Source: Macrostomum lignano
Lineage: Eukaryota
Assembly (NCBI GenBank): GCA_002269645.1
Contig: NIVC01001999.1
Span: 1 to 64,000, forward strand
Direction: 5' to 3'
Length of the DNA stretch: 64,000 nt
Below, piece by piece: positions 36,701-49,264 of this stretch. A program made the position numbers and the translations under genes. The first letter of the stretch is position 1; each line of letters starts with the position of its first letter. The notes below the pieces were generated by a model. The model was given only the letters and a program-made list of their open reading frames with translations, was not told the origin of the DNA and did not search any database.

Positions 36701-39700
36701 GAAACTTCACAAGCTCGAACCTTCACAAGCTCGATCGACACTTCACAAGCTCGATCGACACTTCACAAGCTCGATCGAACCTTCACAAGCTCGATCGAAC
36801 CTTCACAAGCTCGATCGAAACTTCACAAGCTCAAACCCCACTCCACAACGAGCAGGTTCGGCTCGCTGGTCATCGACACGGATCAAACGGACGAGGAGGA
36901 GCAGTTCTGCTTCGATTTCCTAGAATACTATCACGTGACCTGCCTGGTGTGCTCGCACTGCGGGCGCCAGGTGACGGAGCGCGACCAGAAGTGCTGGCTG
37001 GGTGGCGGCGGCGGTGGCGGCGGCCAGTCCCAGGTGAACTCCTCGAGCGAGGCTGGCGGGCCTCCGGGGCCTCGCTGCTGTGCCCCGGCTGCGCGCACCG
37101 GCTGAGCCACTGCCACGGCTGCGGCATGCGCATCACCTCTGACTCCTGGGTGCACAGGCTCAACTCGCTGCCGTTCCACCTGAGCTGCTTCACCTGCACT
37201 GCGTGCCAGCGGCAGCTCAGCCAGGGCGAGGAGTGCGCCATGCTGGAGGACAAGCTGCTGTGCAAGATGCACTACCTGGAGACCGTGACTGGCAGCTCTG
37301 GGGATGGTGAGTGGCTGCTTTGTTCTGCCGGACCCACAGCCCCTGATGCTGAATTCATCTGTAACTGCAGTCTGAGTAGCATCTGAGTAGCACCTGAGTA
37401 GCATCTGAGTAGCATCTGAGTAGCATCTGAGTAGCATCTGAGTAGCATCTGAGTAGCATCTGAGTAGCATCTGAGTAGCATCTGAGTAGCATCTGAGTAG
37501 CATCTGAGTAGCATCTGAGTAGCATCTGAGTAGCATCTGAGTAGCATCTGAGTAGCATCTGAGTAGCATCTGAGTAGCATCTGAGTAGCATCTGAGTAGC
37601 ATCTGAGTAGCATCTGAGTAGCATCTGAGTAGCATCTGAGTAGCATCTGAGTAGCATCTGAGTAGCATCTGAGTAGCATCTGAGTAGCATCTGAGTAGCA
37701 TCTGAGTAGCATCTGAGTAGCATCTGAGTAGCATCTGAGTAGCATCTGAGTAGCACCTGAGTAGCATCTGAGTAGCATCTGAGTAGCATCTGAGTAGCAT
37801 CTGAGTAGCATCTGAGTAGCATCTGAGTAGCATCTGAGTAGCATCTGAGTAGCATCTGAGTAGCATCTGAGTAGCATCTGAGTAGCATCTGAGTAGCATC
37901 TGAGTAGCATCTGAGTAGCATCTGAGTAGCATCTGAGTAGCATCTGAGTAGCATCTGAGTAGCATCTGAGTAGCATCTGAGTAGCATCTGAGTAGCATCT
38001 GAGTAGCATCTGAGTAGCATCTGAGTAGCATCTGAGTAGCATCTGAGTAGCATCTGAGTAGCATCTGAGTAGCATCTGAGTAGCATCTGAGTAGCATCTG
38101 AGTAGCATCTGAGTAGCATCTGAGTAGCATCTGAGTAGCATCTGAGTAGCATCTGAGTAGCATCTGAGTAGCATCTGAGTAGCATCTGAGTAGCATCTGA
38201 GTAGCATCTGAGTAGCATCTGAGTAGCACTTGAGAAGCATCTGAGTAGCACTTAAGTAGCATCTGAGTATCACCTAAGTAGCATCTGAGTATCACCTAAG
38301 TAGCATCTGAGTAGCATCTAAGTAGCATCTGAGTAGCATCTAAGTAGCACTTAAGCAGAATCTGAGCATCACTTGAGCAGAATCGGAGTAGCATCTAAGT
38401 AGCACTTTAGCAGAATCTGAGTAGCCTCTGAGTAGCACTTAAGTAGCATCTGAGTAGAATCTAAGTAGCATCTGAGTAGCATGTGAGCAACATACTCGCA
38501 TCTGATCCAGCTATCTATTGTGTAAGAATTGGAGTTAATGAAAATGGCGATGTCTCAGACTTACGCTTGACTTTCACGCCGTCAATATTTTAATAGTTAT
38601 TGAGCAATTTTGAAATTCGCACTTGAAACTCCTCAGCAATGCCTGGCTAATTAGCACCTGCAGGCGGTGGGGTGGTTAATCCTGAACTCAATAGGCTGTA
38701 ATAGTTATCGAAATAGCGAAATCCCCAAAGACGCCGCCGCAATGGGAGGCAACAGAAGGTGCGAAAATCCCAACAGGGGGTCATCAGCGTCCTTGGGGAT
38801 GAATCACATATAGAGCCGTATTTATATAATCGTATGCAAAAGATTCCACGCAACGGCACAGCGAAGGACTCATATTGCTCGCTCGCTTCTGTTGGACTCT
38901 GCGACCCCCGGGGGTCCGTCAGCGGAGCTCGGGCTGGTTAAGGACGCAAATTGGCACCACTGACCCCCGCTGCGGGGGGTCCGGGCAGCTCTCACTGCCC
39001 CCGCCCGCCCATTTCATCCCCGACCTTGGAATTCATCCGCTACAATTAGGGGCGAGAAGGATAAAGGAGGCCTGGTGGAAGCAGAGACTCGAGGGGAAGG
39101 AGATCCCCGGCACATCCGGTGCAGCGGCCGCTGGCTAATAGGCAGCCCCAATTGGCCCTGTGGCTGCACAAGAAGCGAGTCTTTTCTGTGATTTGAAAAA
39201 GCAGAGAGCAGCGCCGCTCTGTCATTTCGCCGCTTCCTGATCTGCGATTTTTTAACATCGCTTTCTTCATCTCTTTCTTAAAATCTGCGATCTCAAATCC
39301 CCAAATTATTCGACTACACAATCTGGGCGGAGTCGGGTGGGGGGGGCGCCAGTCCTGAGGGAGAGACTCTCTTGAGCAGCGAAATGCCTAAATTACGACT
39401 GCAGTCACTCGCGGTAAAAGAAAATTTGTGTTTGTCTCCTTCGCCCTGCCCGGCACGGGGCTCCTCTTCGAGCTGGCGAAGAAGTTCGACCGGGCGCCAA
39501 AACTCCAGTCTGCCCGCCTGTCTCTGGGGGATTCGGGCTGAGTGTGGGGGGAAGGGTTGCAGAAGTGGCTCGGGGCGGAGTTCAAATCCTCAAATTGGGG
39601 GGTTGGTGATGAGAGAGTGGCTGCTCAAGTGGCTGTTTGGGCGCGATTTATGGCCGAGTCGTCAGTCAGTGCGTAATTTCTCGACTTTGTTCGCGATTTG

Positions 39701-42700
39701 CTGCCTGCGTTTAGGGTGGGGGGATACTGAATATAGAATGAGTAGTAGACTGAGGAGTAGCCTAAAAGTCGACTGAGAAGTTGACAAAGAAGTAGACTGA
39801 GAAGTAGACTGAGAAGTGGACTGAAAACTAGACTGAAAAGTAGACAGACGTAGACTGAAGTAGTAGACTGAGAAGTAGACTAAGAAGTAGACTGAGAAGT
39901 AGACTACGAATCTTAATGAGAAGTGGACTAAGAATCTTACTGAGAAGTAGACTGAGAAGTAGACTAAGAATCTTACTGAGAAGTAGACTGAGAAGTAGAC
40001 TAAGAATCTTACTGAGAAGTAGACTAAGAATCTTACTGAGAAGTAGACTGAGAAGTAGACTAAGAATCTTACTGAGAAGTAGACTAAGAATCTTACTGAG
40101 AAGTAGACTGAGAAGTAGACTAAGAATCTTACTGAGAAGTAGACTAAGAATCTTACTGAGAAGTAGACTAAGAATCTTACTGAGAAGTAGACTAAGAATC
40201 TTACTGAGAAGTAGACTAAGAATCTTACTGAGAAGTAGACTAAGAATCTTACTGAGAAGTAGACTAAGAATCTTACTGAGAAGTAGACTAAGAATCTTAC
40301 TGAGAAGTAGACTAAGAATCTTACTGAGAAGTAGACTGAGAAGTAGACTAAGAATCTTACTGAGAAGTAGACTGAGAAGTAGACTAAGAATCTTACTGAG
40401 AAGTAGACTGAGAAGTAGACTGAGAAGTAGACTAAGAATCTTACTGAGAAATAAAACTAAGATAAACTCCAGCAGATTAAAACAAAAAGAAAAATATGTT
40501 TAATGGATAAAGGTTAAATAATCGCGGAGCATCTGGCAGTGGCCCTCAGTTTATCCCGAGACCAATCGCTCGAACAGTCAAACCCGGTCACGCGGCAGTT
40601 TGAGCAGGCTGCCGAAAGCAGAGCTCACAGCCCCAGACCCCCCTCTGGCTAATGCAGTTATGCCCCCAGCCCGCAGCTGAAATCAAATTTCAGCCGGCCA
40701 GGATACCAGGGAATCTCTGCGTATCAATGAGAGAGAGGGAAAGGCGGGGACAGCAGAGGACCAGCGGACCGAACACGGGGGGCCTCTTGAACTGGATTTG
40801 TCAGCCGGCCGAATTCACTTAGCGGACACTGCGAGGCGAACCAAAGTAAAAAGGCGGAACATGCTGCCTCACTCGCCCCAGCCTCCTCCGCCATCCTCTG
40901 GGGACGCTTGAGTAGCCAAGACTTTCTGGAACAAAGCGAGAAGCTGCGCCTTCCCCTGGGGGATTGGAATGCATTGGATTGTATTGAAGGCCTCTATAAA
41001 CAATTCTTTTTATTGGTCATCCAATTAGTTAACCAAATTTTGTCCTTAATAGGGAGCGGCAAAAACTGCTCGCCTCGCCTTCACAAGAGGGGCTGCTGAA
41101 ATGGTGAAATATGCTGTTTCAAAACAGGACTCGGAAATTTTCTTCCGCAAAAAATTGCTTTATGAAACTGATCTCACCCACCCAGGTTTAGTCTCACCCT
41201 CCAGGTCTAATCTCACCCTCCCAGGTCTAGTCTCACCCTCCAGGTCTAATCTCACCCTCCCAGGTCTAATCTCACCCTCCCAGGTTTAATCTCACCCTTC
41301 TAGGTCTAATCTCACCCACCCAGGTCTAGTCTCACCCTCCAAGTCTAATCTCACCCACCCAGGTTTAGTCTCACCCTCCAGGTCTAATCTCACCCACCCA
41401 GGTCTAGTCTCACCCTCCAGGTCTAATCTCACCCACCCAGGTCTAGTCTCACCCTCCAGGTCTAATCTCACCCACCCAGGTCTAGTCTCACCCTCCCAGG
41501 TCTAGTCTCACCCTCCAGGTCTAATCTCACCCTCCCAGGTCTAATCTCACCCTCCCAGGTTTAATCTCACCCTTCTAGGTCTAATCTCACCCTCCCAGGT
41601 CTAATCTCACCCTCCCAGGTCTAATCTCACCCTCCCAGGTCTAATCTCACCCTCCCAGGTCTAATCTCACCCTCCCAGGTTTAATCTCACCCTTCTAGGT
41701 CTAGTCTCACCCTCCAGGTCTAATCTCACCCACCCAGGTCTAGTCTCACCCTCCCAGGTCTAGTCTCACCCTCCAGGTCTAATCTCACCCTCCCAGGTCT
41801 AATCTCACCCTCCCAGGTCTAATCTCACCCTCCCAGGCTTAATCTCACCCTTCTAGGTCTAATCTCACCCTCCCAGGTCTAATCTCACCCTCCCAGGTCT
41901 AATCTCACCCTCCCAGGTCTAATCTCACCCTCCCAGGTCTAATCTCACCCTACCAGGTCTAATCTCACCCTCCCAGGTCTAACCTCACCCTTCCAAGTAT
42001 GATATCATCTCCCAAGTTTAATCTAACCCTTCAAAAATCCAGCTTTAACTCCATAGATCTCTCCATTGATCTAGTCTCACCGTCCACAATACAATCTCAT
42101 GACTAGAAATCTAATCTTACAATACCCTGGTCTAATCTCACCTACTAAAATTCAGTGTAATTACCTCTTCAACTGTATGCTTATTCTTTCCGAATTTTCC
42201 TGTCCCTTCCAATTTTTATCTCCTCCCTCCTAAATCTCACCCCTAGGCATACAATCTCACCCATAAGCATACAATCTCACCCATAAGCATACAATCTCAC
42301 CCATAAGCATACAATCTCACTCATTAGCATACAATCTCACCCATAAGCATACAATCTCACCCATAAGCATACAATCTCACCCATAAGCATAAAATCTCAC
42401 CCATAAGCATACAATCTCACCCATAAGCATAAAATCTCACCCATAAATATACAATCTCACCCATAAGCACACAATCTCACCCATAAGCATAAAATCTCAC
42501 CCATAAATATACAATCTCACCCATAAGCATACAATCTCACCCATAAATATACAATCTCACTCATTAGCATACAATCTCACCCACAAGCATACAATCTCAC
42601 CCATAAGCATACAATCTCACCCATAAGCATACAATCTCCCCCTTCCCGAAATCAAATCTCAGGCTACGACGGCTCTGGCCGGCAGAAGTCGAAGCGGGTC

Positions 42701-43102
42701 CGCACCAGTTTCACGCCTGAGCAGCTGCACATCCTGCAGACGCACTTCGACCTCGACCACAACCCCGACGGCGCCGACCTGGAGAAGATCGCGCAACGGG
42801 CCCAGCTGAACAAGCGCGTCACCCAGGTGTGGTTCCAGAACGCCCGGGCGCGCAAGAAGAAGACGGAGCGCACCGGGCCTGCCGAACCCGGCGCTCCAAC
42901 ATCGGCGCCGAGGCGGCCGGACCAGCTCGACGATTCGTCGCTCCCAGAGTCGCCGCCGCCGCCGGCCGCTCTGGTGGATTCTTCGCCGCTGCTGCAGTGC
43001 GGAGGCCGCCTGCCGCAGGCGTTCTTCGTCGCCTCCACGTCAGTCGCCGCTGAAGCAGCGGCCGCCGGCGACCGGCTGCAGTCGGGGGGCCTGGTGGTTT
43101 GA
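33719..43102 (+). CDS. Awh: LIM-homeobox transcription factor, Arrowhead/Lhx6-8 subfamily; one apparent frameshift at ~37040-37070
   Basis: Exons 33719-33988, 35977-36065, 36856-37306 and 42663-43102. LIM2 ends FHLSCFTC..CQRQLSQGEE..LLCKMHYLETV. Homeodomain KRVRTSFT...NPDGADLE..RVTQVWFQNARARKKK. Confidence 0.85.
34045..34655 (+). repeat. ~21-bp minisatellite (ccctgacacccaaagctagaga)
   Basis: Tandem variants in Awh intron 1. Confidence 0.9.
35480..35950 (+). repeat. ctacaatctacactctacc-type repeat
   Basis: Ends just before the acceptor at 35976. Confidence 0.9.
36300..36832 (+). repeat. 16/20-bp minisatellite (cgaaccttcacaagct[cgat])
   Basis: Ends ~25 nt before the acceptor at 36855. Confidence 0.95.
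37370..38480 (+). repeat. 11-bp repeat (ctgagtagcat)n
   Basis: Near-perfect core with a decayed 3' end. Confidence 0.97.
39780..40450 (+). repeat. 12/24-bp repeat (gagaagtagactaagaatcttact)
   Basis: Direct reading. Confidence 0.95.
41170..42000 (+). repeat. 20-bp minisatellite (ccaggtctaatctcaccctc)
   Basis: Direct reading. Confidence 0.95.
42245..42640 (+). repeat. 20-bp minisatellite (catacaatctcacccataag)
   Basis: Shares the aatctcaccc core with the previous array and abuts the acceptor at 42662. Confidence 0.95.
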
Positions 43103-43477
43103 AGACTTTTTCTTCAACAAAGATATCCCCTTCAACTACTGTCCTGAGCGCGTCTAGAAGTAGTATAGTATGACTTTGAAGAGAGTTTTTTAATTCATGC
43201 TTCTAAAAAGGTAATATTCGTTTATATGATTATTGCACCATAGTTACGGCAGTAATTGAACTTTGTTCTGTTATCTTTAGTTGTTTAAACTCTGTGCACT
43301 ATTAATATAATAGCAGCTTATTGCGAACAAAGTGTTGTAAATCTGGCAGTTGGTGTTGTTGGAATCAATAAATATATGATTATGAAACTGTGTCAGTTGA
43401 CAAAGTCTGCACTGATGGTGATTCAGCCGAAGTGCTTACGAACATGAAGTTTCTTTACGAGAACCATTTTTCGAAGG

Positions 43478-45047
43478 GGAAGCGGGAGCGGAAGCGGGAG
43501 CGGAAGCGGGAGCGGAAGCGGGAGCGGAAGCGGGAGCGGAAGCGGGAGCGGAAGCGGGAGCGGAAGCGGGAGCGGAAGCGGGAGCGGAAGCGGGAGCGGA
43601 AGCGGGAGCGGAAGCGGGAGCGGAAGCGGGAGCGGAAGCGGGAGCGGAAGCGGGAGCGGAAGCGGGAGCGGAAGCGGGAGCGGAAGCGGGAGCGGAAGCG
43701 GGAGCGGAAGCGGGAGCGGAAGCGGGAGCGGAAGCGGGAGCGGAAGCGGGAGCGGAAGCGGGAGCGGAAGCGGGAGCGGAAGCGGGAGCAGAAGCGGGAG
43801 CGGAAGCGGGAGCGGAAGCGGGAGCGGAAGCGGGAGCGGAAGCGGGAGCGGAAGCGGGAGCGGAAGCGGGAGCGGAAGCGGGAGCGGAAGCGGGAGCGGA
43901 AGCGGGAGCGGAAGCGGGAGCGGAAGCGGGAGCGGAAGCGGGAGCGGAAGCGGGAGCGGAAGCGGGAGCGGAAGCGGGAGCGGAAGCGGGAGCGGAAGCG
44001 GGAGCGGAAGCGGGAGCGGAAGCGGGAGCGGAAGCGGGAGCGGAAGCGGGAGCGGAAGCGGGAGCGGAAGCGGGAGCGGAAGCGGGAGCGGAAGCGGGAG
44101 CGGAAGCGGGAGCGGAAGCGGGAGCGGAAGCGGGAGCGGAAGCGGGAGCGGAAGCGGGAGCGGAAGCGGGAGCGGAAGCGGGAGCGGAAGCGGGAGCGGA
44201 AGCGGGAGCGGAAGCGGGAGCGGAAGCGGGAGCGGAAGCGGGAGCGGAAGCGGGAGCGGAAGCGGGAGCGGAAGCGGGAGCGGAAGCGGGAGCGGAAGCG
44301 GGAGCGGAAGCGGGAGCGGAAGCGGGAGCGGAAGCGGGAGCGGAAGCGGGAGCGGAAGCGGGAGCGGAAGCGGGAGCGGAAGCGGGAGCGGAAGCGGGAG
44401 CGGAAGCGGGAGCGGAAGCGGGAGCGGAAGCGGGAGCGGAAGCGGGAGCGGAAGCGGGAGCGGAAGCGGGAGCGGAAGCGGGAGCGGAAGCGGGAGCGGA
44501 AGCGGGAGCGGAAGCGGGAGCGGAAGCGGGAGCGGAAGCGGGAGCGGAAGCGGGAGCGGAAGCGGGAGCGGAAGCGGGAGCGGAAGCGGGAGCGGAAGCG
44601 GGAGCGGAAGCGGGAGCGGAAGCGGGAGCGGAAGCGGGAGCGGAAGCGGGAGCGGAAGCGGGAGCGGAAGCGGGAGCGGAAGCGGGAGCGGAAGCGGGAG
44701 CGGAAGCGGGAGCGGAAGCGGGAGCGGAAGCGGGAGCGGAAGCGGGAGCGGAAGCGGGAGCGGAAGCGGGAGCGGAAGCGGGAGCGGAAGCGGGAGCGGA
44801 AGCGGGAGCGGAAGCGGGAGCGGAAGCGGGAGCGGAAGCGGGAGCGGAAGCGGGAGCGGAAGCGGGAGCGGAAGCGGGAGCGGAAGCGGGAGCGGAAGCG
44901 GGAGCGGAAGCGGGAGCGGAAGCGGGAGCGGAAGCGGGAGCGGAAGCGGGAGCGGAAGCGGGAGCGGAAGCGGGAGCGGAAGCGGGAGCGGAAGCGGGAG
45001 CGGAAGCGGGAGCGGAAGCGGGAGCGGAAGCGGGAGCGGAAGCGGAA
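43478..45047 (+). repeat. 12-bp G-rich repeat (gcggaagcggga)n, ~130 copies
   Basis: Only one internal variant unit seen (~43790). Confidence 0.98.
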
Positions 45048-45278
45048 GTTTTTAGGGTGAACAAGATTGCTCAAGTATGACTAATCTTCGCAGATAAAAA
45101 GGATTTAAAAGCTTTTTGCTTCAAGCAGTCAATAGAAAGGTAAAGTTTTTGGTTAATAATAACTTGAAAATATTTTAATGCAGTACAGAGGCGAAATCAG
45201 ATAAAGAAAGAATAAAGTACAATAACAAAATTGGTCCATTATGTACTGTCAGATATTTTGCAAGCTGTGGAATTGAAT

Positions 45279-46552
<1,274 letters not shown>

Positions 46553-46649
46553 GCTGACTGCCAACCGGCGGTGTCGTCTGGCTGCGGTTTCAATGCCAAA
46601 TGGTCGGGAAGAAGATCCTGCGGAGAGGGCACCACAGTGGAATGGCGCT

Positions 46650-47250
46650 AATCTCAATGAACTGCTGCCAATCTTAATGAACTGCTGTCAATCTTAATGA
46701 ACTGCTGTCAATCTTAATGAACTGCTGTCAATCTTAATGAACTGCTGTCAATCTTAATGAACTGCTGCCAATCTTAATGAACTGCTGTCAATTTTAATGA
46801 ACTGCCGCTAATCTTAATGAACTGCTGCCAATCTTAATGAACTGCTGCCAATCTTAATGAACTGCTGTCAATCTTAATGAACTGCTGCCAATCTTAATGA
46901 ACAGCTGTCAATCTTAATGAACTGCCGCTAATCTCAATGAACTGCCGATAATCTTAATGAACTGCCGCTAATCTTAATGAACTGCCGCTAACTGCCGCTA
47001 ATCTTAATGAACTGCCGCTAACTGCCGCTAATCTTAATGAACTGCCGCTAATCTTAATGAACTGCTGTCAATCTTAATGAACTGCTGCCAATCTTAATGA
47101 ACTGCCGCTAATCTTAATGAACTGCTGCCAATCTTAATGAACTGCCGCTAATCTTAATGAACTGCCGCTAATCTTAATGAACTGCCGCTAACTGCCGCTA
47201 ATCTTAATGAACTGCCGCCAATCTTAATGAACTGCCGGCCAATCTTAATG
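46650..47250 (+). repeat. 20-bp minisatellite (aatcttaatgaactgctgtc)
   Basis: Direct reading. Confidence 0.95.
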
Positions 47251-47259
47251 AACTTCCGG

Positions 47260-47535
47260 CGAGGCGCCAGACCTATTGAAGAGGCGCCAGACTTATTGGA
47301 GAGGCGCCAGATTTATTGGAGAGGCGCCAGACTTATTGAAGAGGCACCAGACTTATTGGAGAGACGCCAGACCTATTGAAGAGGCGCCAGACCTATTGGA
47401 GAGGCGCCAGACCTATTGGAGAGGCGCCAGACCTATTGGAGAGGCGCCAGACCTATTGGAGAGGCACCAGACCTATTGGAGAGACGCCAGACCTATTGGA
47501 GAGACGCCAGACCTATTGGAGAGACGCCAGACTTA
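47260..47535 (+). repeat. 20-bp minisatellite (gagaggcgccagacctattg)
   Basis: Direct reading. Confidence 0.95.
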
Positions 47536-48464
47536 ATAAATCCACACAGCACAGCAGAAGTTGCAGGTTCGAGCTCTTGCTTTTCATTAACAAATTTCTA
47601 CAGGCAGAAATTGCAGCCCTGTGGCAGTGGTTAATCCGGCACAGCGGGGATTAACAGATTAAACTGCGAATGCAAAGTTCTGCGAGTGCACGGCCTGACT
47701 GTCTGAACTGCATGATCTGCCCGCATTGCTGCCGCAGTTCCGGTTCTGCCGTCGCCCACTCGCCCAGCTTGAGGGGCTCGGCAGTTGATCGATTTATTGA
47801 TAAAAAATCTGCGCTTAACTGCAGGCACGGAGATCTCCGCACTGTGTTTCTCTCCCCTGGCGAGTGCCTTATTCTCTAACCCAAACCCCGACCCCAACCC
47901 GGAGGGGGACAAACACAGCTGTTCAATCTCTCCACCGCGCCGTGCCATGTTTTCTCGACTCAGAAAAAGCCAATTTTTTTCCAAAAAAGAAATTTTCAGT
48001 TTAGTAAAACTTCCCCAAACCCAAGTGTACTTGAGGGAACCGCCCTTGCCCAGCCCTTGAAACTTGTTTTCAAATGCTACGAATAGTCAATAGGTTTCTT
48101 ACCGAACACCACAACTGTGCTTGGGAACTGCAGAGATGAGGCACAATTGATGCTGGCAGATTACGAGCGGACTGCTTGCAGCATCATCTCTGGATGCTGG
48201 AACGGAGTTATAGAGAGAGAGCGCTAGTGTGCTCAACTACTGCAGAGCAGCAAGGTAGAGAAGGAGAGAGAAGGCTTGGCACACTGCGCACAATGGGAGC
48301 TGAGGTTGGGGTGAGAGGCATGCAGCAGATCGGCTCCAAGGCAGCGCACAAAAGAGGGTCGCGCATTCCGAGGCAATCCGGAGATTTGCTGGGGCTCCTG
48401 GGGGAGGGCAGGCGGAGAGAGGCAGAGGGCTGGGCCCTCCGAAGGCAAGACATTTTTGCAGACT

Positions 48465-48556
48465 TATAAAGGCCGCTCAACACTGCACGGTTCTCGTTCG
48501 CCCTCACTGTTGAATCTGCCATCGGCACTCGGAGAGAGCTTTTGAGCCTTTAGCAG
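48465..48556 (+). promoter_or_regulatory. Putative TATA box and non-coding first exon of tetraspanin 1
   Basis: TATAAA at 48465-48470 and donor cag|gtaaac at 48557. Confidence 0.4.
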
Positions 48557-48659
48557 GTAAACAGACTTTGTTTACAGGTTGTCTAAAAATACATTGTTCA
48601 TATTTCACATGCATTGCTCCGGACAGGGGCTCAGTCAGGAGTTTTAATGGGAGCAGCGT

Positions 48660-49165
48660 TGGGGCGCCATTTCAGTAGAGGGGGCGCCATTTCATTTGAA
48701 GGGGCGCCATTTCATCTGAAGGGGCGCCATTTCATCTGAAGGGGCGCCATTTCATTTGAAGGGGCGCCATTTCATCTGAGGGGGCGCCATTTCATTTGAA
48801 GGGGCGCCATTTCATCTGAGGGGGCGCCATTTCAGTTGAAGGGGCGCCATTTCAGTTGAAGGGGCGCCATTTCAGTTGAGGGGACGCCATTTCAGTTGAG
48901 GGGACGCCATTTCAGTTGAGGGGACGCCATTTCAGTTGAGGGGGCGCCATTTCATTTGAAGGGGCGCCATTTCATTGAGGGGGCGCCATTTCAGTTGAAG
49001 GGGCGCCATTTCAGTTGAGGGGCGCCATTTCAGTTGAAGGGGCGCCATTTCAGTTGAGGGGACGCCATTTCAGTTGAGGGGACGCCATTTCAGTTGAGGG
49101 GACGCCATTTCAGTTGAAGGGGCGCTATTTCATCTGAGGGGGCGCCATTTCATTTGAAGGGCGCA
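48660..49165 (+). repeat. 20-bp minisatellite (gggggcgccatttcagttga)
   Basis: Direct reading. Confidence 0.95.
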
Positions 49166-49264
49166 TTTCAGACAGGCAGACACAGGCATGAACACTTGCA
49201 CCAGCGCTGAGCCATTCAAAACCCAACAGACTTTGCCAGCCGAATCGCCAGCACGACAGTCAGC

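Noticed and set aside
38640-39350. TAAT-rich GC islands in the Awh intron as autoregulatory enhancers
   Set aside because: The motifs are too short to support this without conservation data.
43390-45074. Long ORFs (KRER, ASAP, RSRF repeats) and similar ORFs over other arrays
   Set aside because: Artefacts of stop-free tandem repeats in introns or intergenic DNA.
46633-46639. CACAGTG (RSS/Transib-like heptamer)
   Set aside because: Single 7-mer with no partner TIR or TSD.
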